A stretch of DNA of 62,316 bases from Craspedostauros australis (taxonomy: Eukaryota): the NCBI GenBank assembly GCA_030167865.1, contig JALAGF010004023.1, positions 62,001 through 124,316 of the forward strand, given 5' to 3'. Positions 10,056 to 22,752 of the stretch are shown one piece after another. The position numbers and the translations under genes were made by a program. The notes beneath the pieces were generated by a model. It did not search any database, was not told the origin of the DNA, and saw only the letters and a list, made by a program, of their open reading frames with translations. The number at the start of each line of letters is the position of its first letter. The stretch's first letter is position 1.

Positions 10056-11985
10056 GTTGGTCTGTGGTTGGGCTTTGAGCTTGAATTGCGTGTATTTGCT
10101 TGGCTATGCTGTTGATTACTTGCGTTGGTGCACGATGGATGGGGCCTGCGTCGGATACTGTAGGACTATTGATACAGTGAGTGGTGATCGATGGATGGAT
10201 GTTACTTGCAGAGCAACACAGCCACAACGTGGAGAATGCTGGCTGGAACAATTCTCGGTGGATCTTTTGACACCAGTCTGTGAGGATGTACCCGTGATGT
10301 TGGTAGAATAGTATGGACTGCGAGGGAGAAGATTGTCGTCTTCGCTCAAGGTGTGTACGTATAGTAAGTGCGTCCGGTGGTGATGATGATGAAAGGGATC
10401 GGCAATCTGTTTGGGAGAGACGGAGAAATCAGTTGGAGGTGCCTGATGGTGGTGCCGCGTGAAGGACAATGGCAATCAGTGGGACAAACTGACGTGTGTG
10501 TGAGAGCGAACGGGAGCGTGCGTTTCCCAATCCGGTTTTGGCGCGATCTATCGGCAAACCAAAGATCTCCCACCGCAATCGTCGCGGGAGAACTTGGCAG
10601 GTGATCCGCCACCCAAAACAAAGGACCCCGTTCAGAAACTCCACGCCCGCTTCGTAGCTGGTCGGATAGACATCATGAATTCGCGATCCACCAGCTCGTG
10701 GCCGTCCCTGTGATTGTGGTTGAGATTTATGTCATGGATGAGATCTTCTCCGACGTCATCTCGAGGGGTGGTGGAGATCTCTGTCCGTGACTATCTCGTT
10801 CATCCTCCTCTTCTCTCACACATGGAGGGTGTCACCACTTGTCACGGTCTTCCGCACCTGCTTCCTTAAGCCTCGACCATCTCCGTAGGTCTAATCTGTA
10901 GTACCTTCGGATAGGTCGTATTGTAGAATACTCCATTTGTTTGTCTCAAACAGATTTGTTGCGCAGTGAGGACTTCATGGTGACAGGCCCCCACGACAGA
11001 TCGCTATGATGGTACCACCTGTCCGAGCAATAGCAGACTCGAGAACGATGTGTCGAGCACTCGTACGATCGATTTGAGGCAGACTCGTCCATACCACCAA
11101 TAGGTCGTACCAGACCGCTCCACTCTCACTATGAGCTGCATTCCACTTCAGAGAGAGTATGCAATTGTGGACTCATGTGATGAGGTTTCAAAGGTGCAAG
11201 TAATCGTCCGATACGAGTAGAGACAAGAGGAGAACTTTCAAGAGACGGTAGCATAGCTCGTAGCTTGACACGTATGGCACCATAGGTACATATGATACGA
11301 GCAGGTGAGATGATGTTGGACCGAGTTGTTCCAGATGATAGTGGATTGGAATAGTCCTCCGTCAAAGGTCTCCATCCTTCATGGCTTTATGCGTTCTTGG
11401 TAGCTGTTCGGTTACGCTCTGGTGGCACCAACCCGTCATGTGGAGGAGCTACGCTCTCTCTCTCTCTCTGCGCGAGTACTTGTCCTGCCGCTCGTGGCCC
11501 AAGTACGAGTAGGTGCAGGCACTCGAATCCATCGCTGATGCTGCCCGTCCCAGCTTCCGTGCAACAGGAGTCGGGTATCGTCATCCATGTCAACATGACC
11601 TGGACCGGTGGACGTTCGGCACCATCTGAACCACAACATCACATGAAACTCAAACGCAACGTAGCACAACGCTACGTGGTGGGGACAAACATGACGGTTC
11701 TCATCGGAGTATTTGCCAAAGTCCTTTGGCTAAAGTCGTCTCCCTCACATGTTCTCATGTTTCTGTTTGCATTGATTGATTACTTTCCATGTGCGTGGCG
11801 GCTTTTTGTCTGTGGCTGTCAGTCTGCCAACTTCTTTGTTGCGTTGGCGCCTCTTTTGCTCAACCTCATCGTGCGAACGGCTGCGATGCAAACAGCCATT
11901 GCGCTTGCCTGCTGAGGTTCTTCTCGGTTCGGAGACGGATAGATTGTGTGGTTCCGTTCGGACTTGTCGTGCATCATATATTACT

Positions 11986-14229
11986 TTACTTGAAAAGGGC
12001 AGAGATACTCTTCTTGGCATGGATGTTGAAGATGGCCTGAGCCAGTAGAGGCGCAACGCTCAGTTCCGTGAGCTTCTCGTTGGCTTCCCGCTGTGGGGAT
12101 GTTGGGATGGTGTTCAAAATCACGACCTCCTCCATCTTGGAGTTGGCGAGTCGGTCGTTGCCAGGTCCGCTGAGGAGACCGTGGCTGGCGAATGCAAAGA
12201 CCCGTCGTGCGCCGTTGGCAGCGAGCACATCGGCGGCTTTGCACAGTGTCCCGGCAGTGTCGATCATGTCATCGACGAGGATGCAATCGCATCCATTCAC
12301 GTCTCCGACGAGGTCCATGGAATCGACGGAACCCGCACGGGCACGTTGCTTGACAATCATGGCGAGGCCGATGTCCGGCATGTCATACTTCACAGCAAGG
12401 CCTTCCTTGAACTTCTTGGCTCTGTAGACGCCGCCGGCATCTGGGCTGACAACGACCGGGTTGATGAGGTCCTTCGATCCGAAGTAGTCCAATCCGACGA
12501 TGCCGCCATCGAGGTTGTCGACCGGGACGCGTGGGCCGAAGAATCCCTGGATCTGGCCGCAGTGCAAGTCAACTGCGATGACACGGTCAATGCCCATGGC
12601 TTCCATTAATCTGGCAACATCGGCGGCAGAAATTGGGACACGTGCCTATGGGGACGGTGTCCAAATAATGACCGCGTTGTCGGAAACGTTCGAATGCAAC
12701 GGTAAAGGGTAAGCGATGCAGAAGCAATTTTTCCGTACATAAACGCATGGTATCCGCGAGAAGGAATCAAGTTGCAGGCATGATTCCATTCCAGCTCCTG
12801 CTGTTGATGACGATGGTATTGGTGGTGCTTCTTCACGTCATTCAAATCGACACGAAGGAACGGCACCACAGTATTCGTGCCGCATCACCTGCGACCGAAC
12901 AATGCCTTATCTCCCCATGTTTCCATATTTGCTGCTTGTTGCTTGTCTTGTCTGCTTCATCATTGGATCTCCAAACATGCAAACACACATGAACATGCAT
13001 GTCCAAACACGTAGATGGTTTAGACTCACCTGCATCTTGCGATCTTGCCGGGCGTATCCGTAGTATGGGATGACAACGGTGATGCGTCGCGCACTCGCTC
13101 GTCGCATCGTGGAGACCATGAGGAGGAGCTCCATGATGTTGTCGTTAACTGGAGGGCATGTTGGCTGGATGACGTAGACATCCTTGCCACGAACATTCTC
13201 GTGAATGACGACGTTGACCTCTCCGTCCGCGAACTTTCCGACGGTCGCCTTGCCCAGGCTGATGCCGAGATGCTTGGCGATCTCAAGCGCGAGGGCCATG
13301 TTGCCATTTCCGCTGAAGATTTTGAGCCCTCCGGAGTGTTGCTTGGCCTTGCGCGTGGCCTCTTCGATGCGGAGCTCTTCGGCGGACATGTCATTGGCGT
13401 ACTTCGTCTTCTCCAGGAGGGTCGCTGGACTGGTCGCTGCCAGCTCGGCCATCTTGGTTTTCCGCTCCTTGAGTTCGCGCTTGGCGGCAGATTTGGCATA
13501 GACCGACATGGGGTCCTTCACCTTGTCGGCGGGATTCTTCCGCTCGACGACGACAGGTTGGACAGGAGCAGCCTCGCCTCCCTCTGGCGATGGGTAGGTC
13601 TGAGGATCCACGACATTGGTCTTTCTTTTGTACTCACAGGCGGTCAGAGATCCTGCGCCGATGGCCAAACCGGATGCGGCGGCAGCGATCAAGGTGGCCC
13701 AGCCGGCATGATTGCCGGACGATGCGCCTTCCTCCCATCTGCTGAATGCTGGCTGGAGCATCCTCATGGACGACGCCGAATTTTGGGAAGCGAGTGCCAC
13801 CTGCGTTGCGAACAAGTATCGACGTCAACACCGAGCATTGCGCATGTTGCATGCAGAGCAAAGCATGATTTGTTTCGCACATTGTATGGTACCGCATGAT
13901 GGATTGTGAGATATTCGGCATTGCTGTTGCTGCTGCTGCTGTTGAATCGAACAGGAAGCATCGCAGCCAGTCGCAGGGAGTTGACACCGTCGTATCACTC
14001 ATCGCAACGGGCCACCCGCCAACAAAGAGCATTGCACCAAGATTCAGCCACGCATAGACCAGGAATCCTGCTTGGATCGTTTTGTTACCAGGCGCCAACG
14101 CGCACAAACAGGCACAAAAGCACCTCTGGGCCGCCATGGTCGGGAATCGGAACATCGCAGGAATGGGAAGCAACTCACCCTGCTCTTGGCGATCACTCGC
14201 CTCGCTGCAACCGACGCAGAGTTCATCAT
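11986..14229 (-). CDS. PRS: Ribose-phosphate pyrophosphokinase (PRPP synthetase, class I); 3 exons
   Basis: Exons 14229-14179, 13800-13030, 12645-11986; introns GTGAGT...CAG (378 nt) and GTGAGT...TAG (384 nt), both phase 0. Motifs [52 protein letters not shown]. Exon 1 is less certain than the rest. Confidence 0.93.
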
Positions 14230-14933
14230 CTTGACTGCTCTTGTTCCAATCTGGTTTCACTTCGCTTGATTTGATTTGAGCCTGGCCTGACTTGTATGGT
14301 CTCAGTATCGTAGTCGGAGTATTGTCCCTTCCAGAGGAATGGTGATGTGAGATCGGCTTCACGATAACGATGGCAGGAACAACACCAGGAACAACACCAG
14401 TCACGGCGGCTGAGGCGGCGGCTCTGTGGCTCTGTGGCGGTGCTGCTTGTCGGTGAAGGATCTCTGGCCAACAACCGGGTCGTGACAGCACCGCAAGAGA
14501 GGACTGATTGATGGGTTGTTCGCACCAGATACTGGTCAATTTTGTTGGGTGGATTTGGGTGGGTCGCAGGAGGCATCTTCGATTCGCCCCTTCTGATTGG
14601 CTGAGCGCAGTTGACGCCATCCGCCTCTTGTCTTCGCGATTCGTCGTCAAGATTCACCGTCGGCGGTTGGGCGATACCGGTTTACAGACAGACTGAAATC
14701 GTGCTATTCAATATTAGCACGGTCCAGAAGCAAGAGGCTTCTGAGTGGTACGAGCACGCACGAGGAACAGCATTTGAGTTGGCTCCAAACGGTGAGCAAA
14801 CTGCGCGAGTATAGTGTGATGTCCTCTACAGACCAACAACTTGCAATATTGCAGTATTCCACGAGAGTTTCTGCATTTTGGGTGAGACATTAATATTTGG
14901 ACGACTCGTTGCCGATTCTCTCTTCCTCTGCAA

Positions 14934-15776
14934 TCATGTTGATTCTGGTGCCGATTGCTTGACTTTGTCGGGCAGACTGACAGCACGTTGCTTCTCGCTC
15001 AACAGCAGAAACCGCGATCCCAGCTTTCTCAATTTGTGCTCCGTGTGCTGCATTCTGTTGACCTTGATGTCTCGGAACATCGCGGTGTAGTTGTCACCAT
15101 GCTTCGACATGCATTTCGCAATGTACTTCTGGTCCGACAAGGAAAGCGTCACGCGGTTCTGTTGGTTCTTGGCCGACAGGTCGTCGGATTTGGGAATGTC
15201 GTACAGTTCAACGACATCTACCTTTGGTGCCGTCCGCGGCTCCACTGTAGCGGCACCCATCCCCTCGCCTGCCATGCCCTTGTGCGAGAATCCAGTTTTG
15301 GCGGATGCCAAGTTGTTGGCATTCGCGGTCAGACCCATGCTCGCGAGGTTGGCCGATGGTGACTTCGACGGATCCCAGTGCTTGCGGATGGTGCTGTCTG
15401 TGATCTTGGGATTAGGATCCCATCTTCGGAAATTCTTGTTCTATTCGACGCAGGAGCAAATTGGAGCGGGACCAGTTGGTTGGGCAAGGGGATTCGATCA
15501 GCAGTGAAAATTGAAATGATCGTTGCTGTTGTTGAGAAAATGACACACAGAGCCATGGCATGATATGGCATGTCAGAGCAAAAGAGAGCCACTTTGCATC
15601 GATGAGGGTTTGTACCGTGCATCCGTTCACCCATAAAGTGCGATGCATGAGCCCGGTGCGGAACAAGTTCGAGTAGAGTAGGGCAGAGTGCTCTGCTTTG
15701 CACCATCTCGTACCTTGAGCTTGGTCCTGCCAATACGTCCTGCCCTCCTCTTCTTCGCTCTTCCGTGTCGCACCAT
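14934..15776 (-). CDS. NOP16: Ribosome biogenesis protein Nop16; 2 exons
   Basis: Exons 15776-15714 (MVRHGRAKKRRAGRIGRTKLK) and 15440-14934; intron GTACGA...TAG, 273 nt, phase 0. Motifs HWDPSKSPSANLASMGL and KHGDNYTAMFRDIKVNRMQHT. Confidence 0.88.
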
Positions 15777-16379
15777 GATCTGTTCTGCTCTGCTATCTTT
15801 CAATTACTCGAATCGTTTCTGCCGCTGTTACTGTTGCTGATGCTCCTTCTTTCCTCCTTCCTCTGCTCTGCTCTGCTTGCCGTGTATTGGTATCTGTTCC
15901 TCTGTTGGTCTTTGTCTTCTCCTTGGATGTGAGTGCTGTGTTCCACCGTGTTTTTGTTCTTTGTTGTGTGTCCACTCGTCAATGTGTTTTCTCTTCGCCG
16001 TGTTGTTTTGTTGGTCGTGGTTGTTCCTTGTTTCCGCAAAATGTTGGAGGCAATTCGGACGCATGCAGGACGCGATATGTGATGTTTACTGAGACACGAT
16101 GTCGAGCACTTCTTGTTGAGTTTGCCTTTTGTGCTTCATTCATCGTCTTTTCCCACCTCTCTTTCGTTTGGCGGCAAACTGCCCACCACAACAGCGCGGA
16201 CTGCTGAGAATCGGCAGTAGCAAGACTACTTGCGTGTCAAGAACAAGAACAGATGCCACCCACAGAGGTACCTGATCACGCACATCCTCGACAATACCAA
16301 CACAATCTCACATCCACACAAGCACCATCTCCACTCATACCAATGCTCTGCGCTGGAATGCAATGAACACAAGGTCATC

Positions 16380-17384
16380 ATGTCGGCCGGATACGCATCA
16401 CGATTGTCAGCATACCCCAACAAGGGCGTCTGCGGACTGCCTGAGAGGCGCGACACGAAAAGAGGCTTGGAGGTCAAGCTGAAGCAGCTGGCCCAGATGG
16501 TGAAGCACGCCAAGCACTTTGTCATCCTCACAGGCGCCGGGATCTCGACGTCAGCGGGAATTCCCGACTTTCGCGGACCCAAGGGGATCTGGACGTTGGA
16601 GCAGCAAAAGGAAAAGACGAAGAAGCGCAAGCAGCGGCGTGCGAGGGCGAATAGCATTGGAACTAGCTCCAACCATGACGGCAATACCTCGAAGCGGCAA
16701 AAGAAGGATGATGGCTCTTGCGGAACCAACAATGACGATCACGATGACGATCACGATGACGACCACAACGTGGCCAGCTTCGACTTCGCCAAGGCCAGGC
16801 CAACCTTGACGCACAGGGCCATCGCAGCGTTGGCGGAGCACGACATCTTGCAGTACTGCATCACCCAGAACGTCGACGGTCTGCACAAGCGATCCGGGCT
16901 CTCGCGCGATCGACACGCCGTACTGCACGGCTGCGCGTTCACCGAGCAATGCCTCAAATGCAAGACCGAGTACTTTCGCGACTTTGACACCGGCGGCATG
17001 AGCTTTCAGCCGACGGGACGCAAATGCGAAGACGCCGCCTGCGATGGAAACCTCCATGACACCCTGCTGGATTGGGAAGACGTACTGCCGGAGAAAGACC
17101 TGGACACGTCGCAGGATCATTGCGAACGGGCCGACCTCGTGCTGTGCTTGGGCACGTCGTTGCGAATCGAACCTGCCGGGAGTCTCCCGACATACGCCAA
17201 ACAATACGTCATCGTCAATCTGCAGCAAACACCCAAAGATGAGGGTGCTTCCTTAATCATCCGTGCGCCGGTGGATGATGTCATGACGAAGCTCATGGAT
17301 CGCTTGGGGATATGCAATTGGGAAAATGGCGATGGCGATGATGGCCATCCGTACCCCATCGAGAGGACTTGGAAGCAGCCATGA
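16380..17384 (+). CDS. SIRT6: Class IV sirtuin (SIRT6/SRT1-like NAD-dependent deacylase)
   Basis: Start MSAGYASRLSAYPNKGVCGLPE typical of SIRT6/SRT1; GAGISTSAGIPDFRGPKGIWT, TQNVDGLH, LHG, CxxC...CxxxxC zinc ligands, DTLLDWED, LGTSLRIEPA, VNLQ. Confidence 0.93.
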   Translation: MSAGYASRLSAYPNKGVCGLPERRDTKRGLEVKLKQLAQMVKHAKHFVILTGAGISTSAGIPDFRGPKGIWTLEQQKEKTKKRKQRRARANSIGTSSNHDGNTSKRQKKDDGSCGTNNDDHDDDHDDDHNVASFDFAKARPTLTHRAIAALAEHDILQYCITQNVDGLHKRSGLSRDRHAVLHGCAFTEQCLKCKTEYFRDFDTGGMSFQPTGRKCEDAACDGNLHDTLLDWEDVLPEKDLDTSQDHCERADLVLCLGTSLRIEPAGSLPTYAKQYVIVNLQQTPKDEGASLIIRAPVDDVMTKLMDRLGICNWENGDGDDGHPYPIERTWKQP

Positions 17385-17659
17385 GGGAAGGGCGGATCAT
17401 TGATGACGCTTGTCTGTTGGTGCCAAGAGCGTTCTTCATCCTCGTATTCCAGCACAGCCAGGAAGGGTATCAGTGAACACCATGTACGTACGTGTGTTCT
17501 CCACATGATCAAGAAAATGGAAATGAGAATGGAACGAAGCAAAATGATTCTATCAATCACATACACGCTCGCAGGGGGTGCTGTATAGGTGGGTGGAGTA
17601 CACACGAGCGAAAAGCGGGAATTTTGCCATACAAACGAAAACAAGCACCACTACTCTTA

Positions 17660-18295
17660 TCAATCAGACCGCGTATCCTTTTCTATCACCATCGACAGGT
17701 ACCCCTTGCACAGCCACAGCTCGACCATCACGCTGATCCCGCGACCGATGTGCGCGGCGTATCGCCAATACGGAAGGAAGGGTATTATGTCATCGAACAT
17801 GGTCCCTTTCTGCTCGCCGTACGCAAAGACACCGGAGCAGAACAATCCATAAAACACCAGGATGCCCAACGGATTCTTGAAGCCATTCGCAAACACCGCC
17901 TTGATGAGCCACGGATCATTGTCGCGCTGCTGCTTCCAATGCACGCCTGCCTGCGCGGCATGAAGCTGCGTGCAAAGCATCGTGATCCATTCCAACGTGA
18001 TGATGCATGCCGCAATGAGACCGTATCGGGAAGGGTTCGATGCTGCGGCTGCGACCCACACCGTCGTGCGCATGATGTTGTCGGCGAAGACGTCCAGCAA
18101 GACACCGAGTTCGGAGCACTGGTCCAGCATGCGTGCCAGTTTGCCGTCGAAGAAATCCAGCCAGCCCGAGACGAACCAAACCATGATGGCCTGATCCGGG
18201 CTGGACGTGGAGAGGTGCAATCCCAAGAGCGCGAGGATAATCCTGGCGTAGCCAAGCAGGTTGGGGACGTAGAGCGCCACCGGGATTTTCGCCAT
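17660..18295 (-). CDS. CDP-alcohol phosphatidyltransferase, phosphatidylinositol-synthase-like
   Basis: ATG 18295; VALYVPNLLGYAR; signature LDFFDGKLARMLDQCSELGVLLDVFAD (DxxDGxxAR...GxxxDxxxD); several TM segments. Confidence 0.87.
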   Translation of the reverse strand: MAKIPVALYVPNLLGYARIILALLGLHLSTSSPDQAIMVWFVSGWLDFFDGKLARMLDQCSELGVLLDVFADNIMRTTVWVAAAASNPSRYGLIAACIITLEWITMLCTQLHAAQAGVHWKQQRDNDPWLIKAVFANGFKNPLGILVFYGLFCSGVFAYGEQKGTMFDDIIPFLPYWRYAAHIGRGISVMVELWLCKGYLSMVIEKDTRSD

Positions 18296-19082
18296 GATGG
18301 TCGATTGTAATCGAGTAGGTATGGTAGAAATGCGTACGAATATGTGGAGTATTATATGTGCACGTATTTGCGTGGTATGGTACACACGCACTCGTGCCAA
18401 TAGACGTGATTCTTTGTTGTTCCAGCCTACGAGTATGGCAGATGGAGCGGGATACTGACTAGTAGGAGTGTCCAAGGGTTGAAGAGTGATGTGGTGACTG
18501 CGGAGCGCCTGTTTGCTGTCCACAACGGGATCGTACGAGAGAGGGCACTACCGTCGATGTGTCTTTGGTGAGTTGCCTCTTCGGACTCTGATTCTCGCTC
18601 AGCAAGTGGGGTTGATAGCAGTGTTGGCGCCAGCATCAATGTCGATGTCGGCGATGTCCTTCACTCCAGTGTGGATGAGCGCTGCGTGTACTCGCATGGA
18701 GATGCGATTCCCTGATGTCCTGTGTGTTTGTTCCTGTCTCTCTTCGCGTGTTGGCCTTTGTGCCGACATCGGTGTTGTTGCTGCAGAAGCGGGGAAGACG
18801 TCATGTTTGTTGATGTTGTTTTTTGTGTGGTTGTCGTTCTGGTCGAGAGACGTGAATTCCTGGTTGGTGCTTGAGAGACGAGTGGGCAAGCAAGTACCGA
18901 AAGGAGGCAAGACATCGGCAGATTGAGATTGGAAGAGGGCAACATCCAAAACATACTATTATAATATTATATCACGATATTACACTTTACTATTCATCTT
19001 ACGAACACGTTCGTACTCGCGCCTGTGCTGATCGGTTGTCCATTCGTTCAATGCGGCCGGACATGGAATATTGTACAACTTG

Positions 19083-20163
19083 TCATTGACTCTGGACGGT
19101 GGAGATGCTCTCGTGGAGCTCCGCTTTGCCTGCTTCTCTCCTCGTCGCATCTTCATCGCACTCATCGTCTTTTTGACTATCGTGTTCCTGGTGCTGTGCG
19201 TGTTGCTGAGAAGGATTCATGCGGTTACTTCCTTCTTGTGTCCCACGGGGCGCGTGGCCATCGTTGACTTCCGTGCGCTGCGCCTCGCTCACAAATTCCT
19301 CCACCATTGATGTTTCATTCGCACAGACATCTTCGATTAATTCGTCACCAACAGAACAGCGTCCTGCCTCGCACGATTTCAATCGGAATCCGTTGATGCA
19401 CTCGTCGCCTGTGAAAGTACGGGTGGTTGGAGGTGCCCAGCTGAGGTACCAGGGCGTCTCGCAGTTGGTGTTGAAGGAGTACGCGGTGTGGAAATAGTGG
19501 CCAGTACTCAGGTCGCAGTACTGATCGTTTACGGAAACCAGCTGGCCGCCGACTATCGATTCAGCGAAAAAAGAATGCGGAGAAGAATTGCAGAGAGTGA
19601 GTATCATTGAATAGGACAGGAACCAGAGCAGTCGCAAGCCAAGAAGGAAGGAGTCAGAAAGATACACCAAACGGAAGGCCGGCCTGCTCCATGAGGCTTC
19701 GTGTTGTATGGCACGAGTACATTCATGGCACTCGATCACTCGGATGCTGCAGAGGTGGCCAGACTGATGACGCTGCCGCAGTGGATGCTGCCGTACCAAT
19801 ACGTATGGCCGAGCACGGTCGTTGTATTGACTTACCGCATTCACTCCCGGGCTGTTCGCGGACGGAGAAAAACATCAGGGTGTCCACTTCCCCAGAACAG
19901 TCCAATGTTTCGTATCTGTACAGAGTCGCACAAGCGCTGGCCTCCGGATCCTCTTCGGTCGAATCAAAGTCTTCGTTTGTCGTTGTCGTTGTCGGCGACG
20001 GCGTAGCTGTTGGATCGCTCTCGGTTTCGGAGGTGGGTGGATGGGCATCTGCTACTGCAACAGCTCCAGCCGCAACGCCGGCGGCGACCACATCTGCGCC
20101 AGTTGTGCCGACCGAAACGGCAAGGGCCACAAGTGAGAGCGGAACGTGCGGAAGAAGTGTCAT
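19083..20163 (-). CDS. Unknown secreted Cys-rich protein; 2 exons
   Basis: Exons 20163-19836 and 19552-19083; intron GTAAGT...TAG (283 nt, phase 1) joins two ORF-track frames seamlessly (PGSEC-VGGQLVSVNDQYC). Hydrophobic N-terminus, Thr/Pro/acidic linker, then about 8 spaced Cys. Confidence 0.7.
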
Positions 20164-20184
20164 GGCGGATATGAAACACAGTGA

Positions 20185-20226
20185 CGATGTGATGTGATGT
20201 GATGTGATGCGATGTGATGCGATGTG
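20185..20226. repeat. (GATGT/GATGC)n pentanucleotide microsatellite in the 5' leader of the secreted-protein gene
   Basis: gatgtgatgtgatgtgatgtgatgcgatgtgatgcgatgtg read directly. Confidence 0.8.
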
Positions 20227-21035
20227 CTTATTGGGAAGGGTGACACGAATCCTTTGTTTGTGTGTGACGTTTTGGGTTCTCTTGATGGCGGTGGTGTCTG
20301 CCCTGTTCCGGCGATGGCGATGTCGCTCAACGAAATTTTGGGATGTGTGTGAGCGTTGCACTGTTTCATCTCATCAACTGCTCCGGCAGTGTGTCCGCGC
20401 CAATACGTGACATCGTTGGCCACAGCCTCGGAAGGATCTCTCTCCCTTCCACTCGCATCTTGCCATGATGATCCTCTGTCTACTGGAGCATCTGTGAATG
20501 GGGATGCCTCTCTTCCCTCCTTGGTACTGATGCGATTGGCTTTGTGCAACTTCTTCCACGGCCAGACCACTTTCTTGGTTGTCTCACAGATCTTTGGCAA
20601 GGCAGCCGTTATCGCCGTTGCATTTGAACTTGAAATTCTGTTGTCGCGGCGATGCAACTGTGGCGCACGATCACCAAGAAGCATCGTTGATAGAGCCTCA
20701 TCTCGATCTGCTTCTCTGTCTAGAGAGCCAACGCATGGCACCCATACCCAGGACTCTTGTTGTAACAGAGGCAGAGAGAGCAGTATGCGGCAATGACCAA
20801 GCATGATAATCAAGTCGCAATGAGTAGAGCGGAGTAGAGTAAGTGGACTGCTACGTAGGCGCGACGGATCTTGATCGTTCGATTCCCTGTTGCCATTCTC
20901 TAGAGAGTTGTCGACATTGGAGAGTACTGTCCATGGAGATCTGTTTGCTTCTCTTCAAACCTTGCATACATGAATACATGCATATTTGCACACATGCGCA
21001 CGTGGATGCGAAGGTGCCAAATGCTCTACTCTGCC

Positions 21036-22752
21036 CTATCGAGATGCTGAAACGATGGTCGCCAAAGGGAATGGATCTCTCTTGCTCAGCACCAGCATGC
21101 GCTTGGCGTGGGATAAGTATCCTCTGATTTGTCCCCTGTAGATGAGATTCGCCAGGATGCATTCGACCTCGTCCAAGTCGATCGGCGTCCCAAGCCACTT
21201 GAATGCCCCTGCGATGTACTGCAGCGATATTTGATGCTTGTCCAATATCCGGTAGATCTTTCGGAACAGGTTGCGGTAACATAGCGTTTTGCATTTTTCC
21301 AGAAGCAAGTACGTTCCCTGGTTTATGAATCGGTCTTGGTATTTGATGATGCTGTCCTGGAAGGTCTTCAGGTCGCCCTTTCGCGTGGCCTCGATCAGAT
21401 CTTGGAATTCTCCCAGCTTGTATTTCTGGAGCACTGTTTTTATGGGAGGCAGCAAATGCAAAGGACAGGGAACGAGACAGTGCAATACAAAACACAACGA
21501 AATGGGATATAGAGTGAGTGAGTGAGTGAGAGATGAAATGGGAGTTAGATGGGAAGGTGAAACAGAACAGCATTGACCCACTGACACGTTGACGCATGGT
21601 CGCAGAGCATTGTATTGCATTGTGTCTGTTTGCAATCTGGCACAGCGAATGATACGGCAACTTCCGCTCATCACGACCAGTACCTCGACTTGCAACTCAC
21701 GTTGGGATGTTGGGTAGCGACCGCGCAGCAACTTGACAGGGATGAGGTACCGCAGTATCTGCCTCTTGTTCTGATGAGCGTCCCTGTGACAGTGACGGAA
21801 CGCAAAGTCCAAATTCTCTTCCGCGACAGGGAGATGATCTTCATACATCATGAGACGTCCCGCGAAGAATTTGAAGGTCACGAGATGCCCCATGGCGCCG
21901 CTCGTGTCTAGCTTCTTCATTTCGATCGGCCGGAACAGATTCTTGCATAAACGCAGGGTGTTGAGCGTCAAGTAGCATCGGAAGAGCTCGTTCGCAACGC
22001 CCAGCACGCCGGCCTTCTTGCTGCCATCCAGAGAAAAGGGAGCGCCAGGGTGGAAGTCTTTGCGGTCGTTGACCGAGGTGACGAACGAGTCCTTCATGAT
22101 ACTCTCTGCTGTTTGCAAGTTCGCGTGGGCGTTGTTGGCGCCGTCCTTCGTTACCTCCTTGTCGGCTGCCATGGCAACGACCCTCGTGTTGCTGCAGACG
22201 AGCCACATCGCTGGGACCAGCCAGTTTCCGTCGGAACTTGAGAATACTCTGTTGAAGTAGGTGTGAACATTCGCTTGCTCCTTGAAGCACGCAGTTGGTT
22301 GGCCCTGTGGTTGCGTGGTTGCATGGTTGCATCATGGCATTGATTGCAATTCATTTTTCATTCGACGTGTTGGAAGCACAAGTGATGTGAGTTGGGTGGT
22401 ACATACGCACGCAAGTCTTTCTTTTGCTACTTGTTGGCAACGCCGATCAAGACTCCTTCCGATGATCATGGCAACCCCAGACCTCAGACTTTATGCACAA
22501 CATGGCACAGCCAACCAACCAACCAACCAACGAACTCACCGCATCGGCAGCTCTGTTGGCATTCACGAGGCTGACAAAAATCGAGGAATAATCCGTGCCG
22601 TTGACGGTCAGAGGTTCCGGACTGCATGGCTGTGGCGCGGCCTTCTGTTGCGCCGAGATTGGCTTCAGAACGAAGACATTCGCGAGCCCCTGAGCATCAT
22701 GGTGCTCCAAAGCCGTCCGCAGACTCTCACGGATGCTGCGTCTATCGCTCAT
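21036..22752 (-). CDS. PCID2: PCI domain-containing protein 2 (PCID2/Thp1/Csn12-like); 3 exons
   Basis: Exons 22752-22540, 22304-21701, 21433-21036; both introns GTGAGT...CAG (phases 0 and 1). Motifs ANELFRCYLTLNTLRLCKNL, VTFKFFAGR, NKRQILRYLIPVKL, GTYLLLEK, DEVECILANLIYRGQIRGYLSH...LVLSKRDPFP. Confidence 0.92.

Noticed and set aside
10490..10495. TGACGT (aureochrome/bZIP-type site) upstream of the POR-like gene, also at 34285-34290 upstream of Lhc
   Set aside because: A 6-mer is expected about 30 times on both strands of 62 kb and also occurs near non-photosynthetic genes; not evidence alone.
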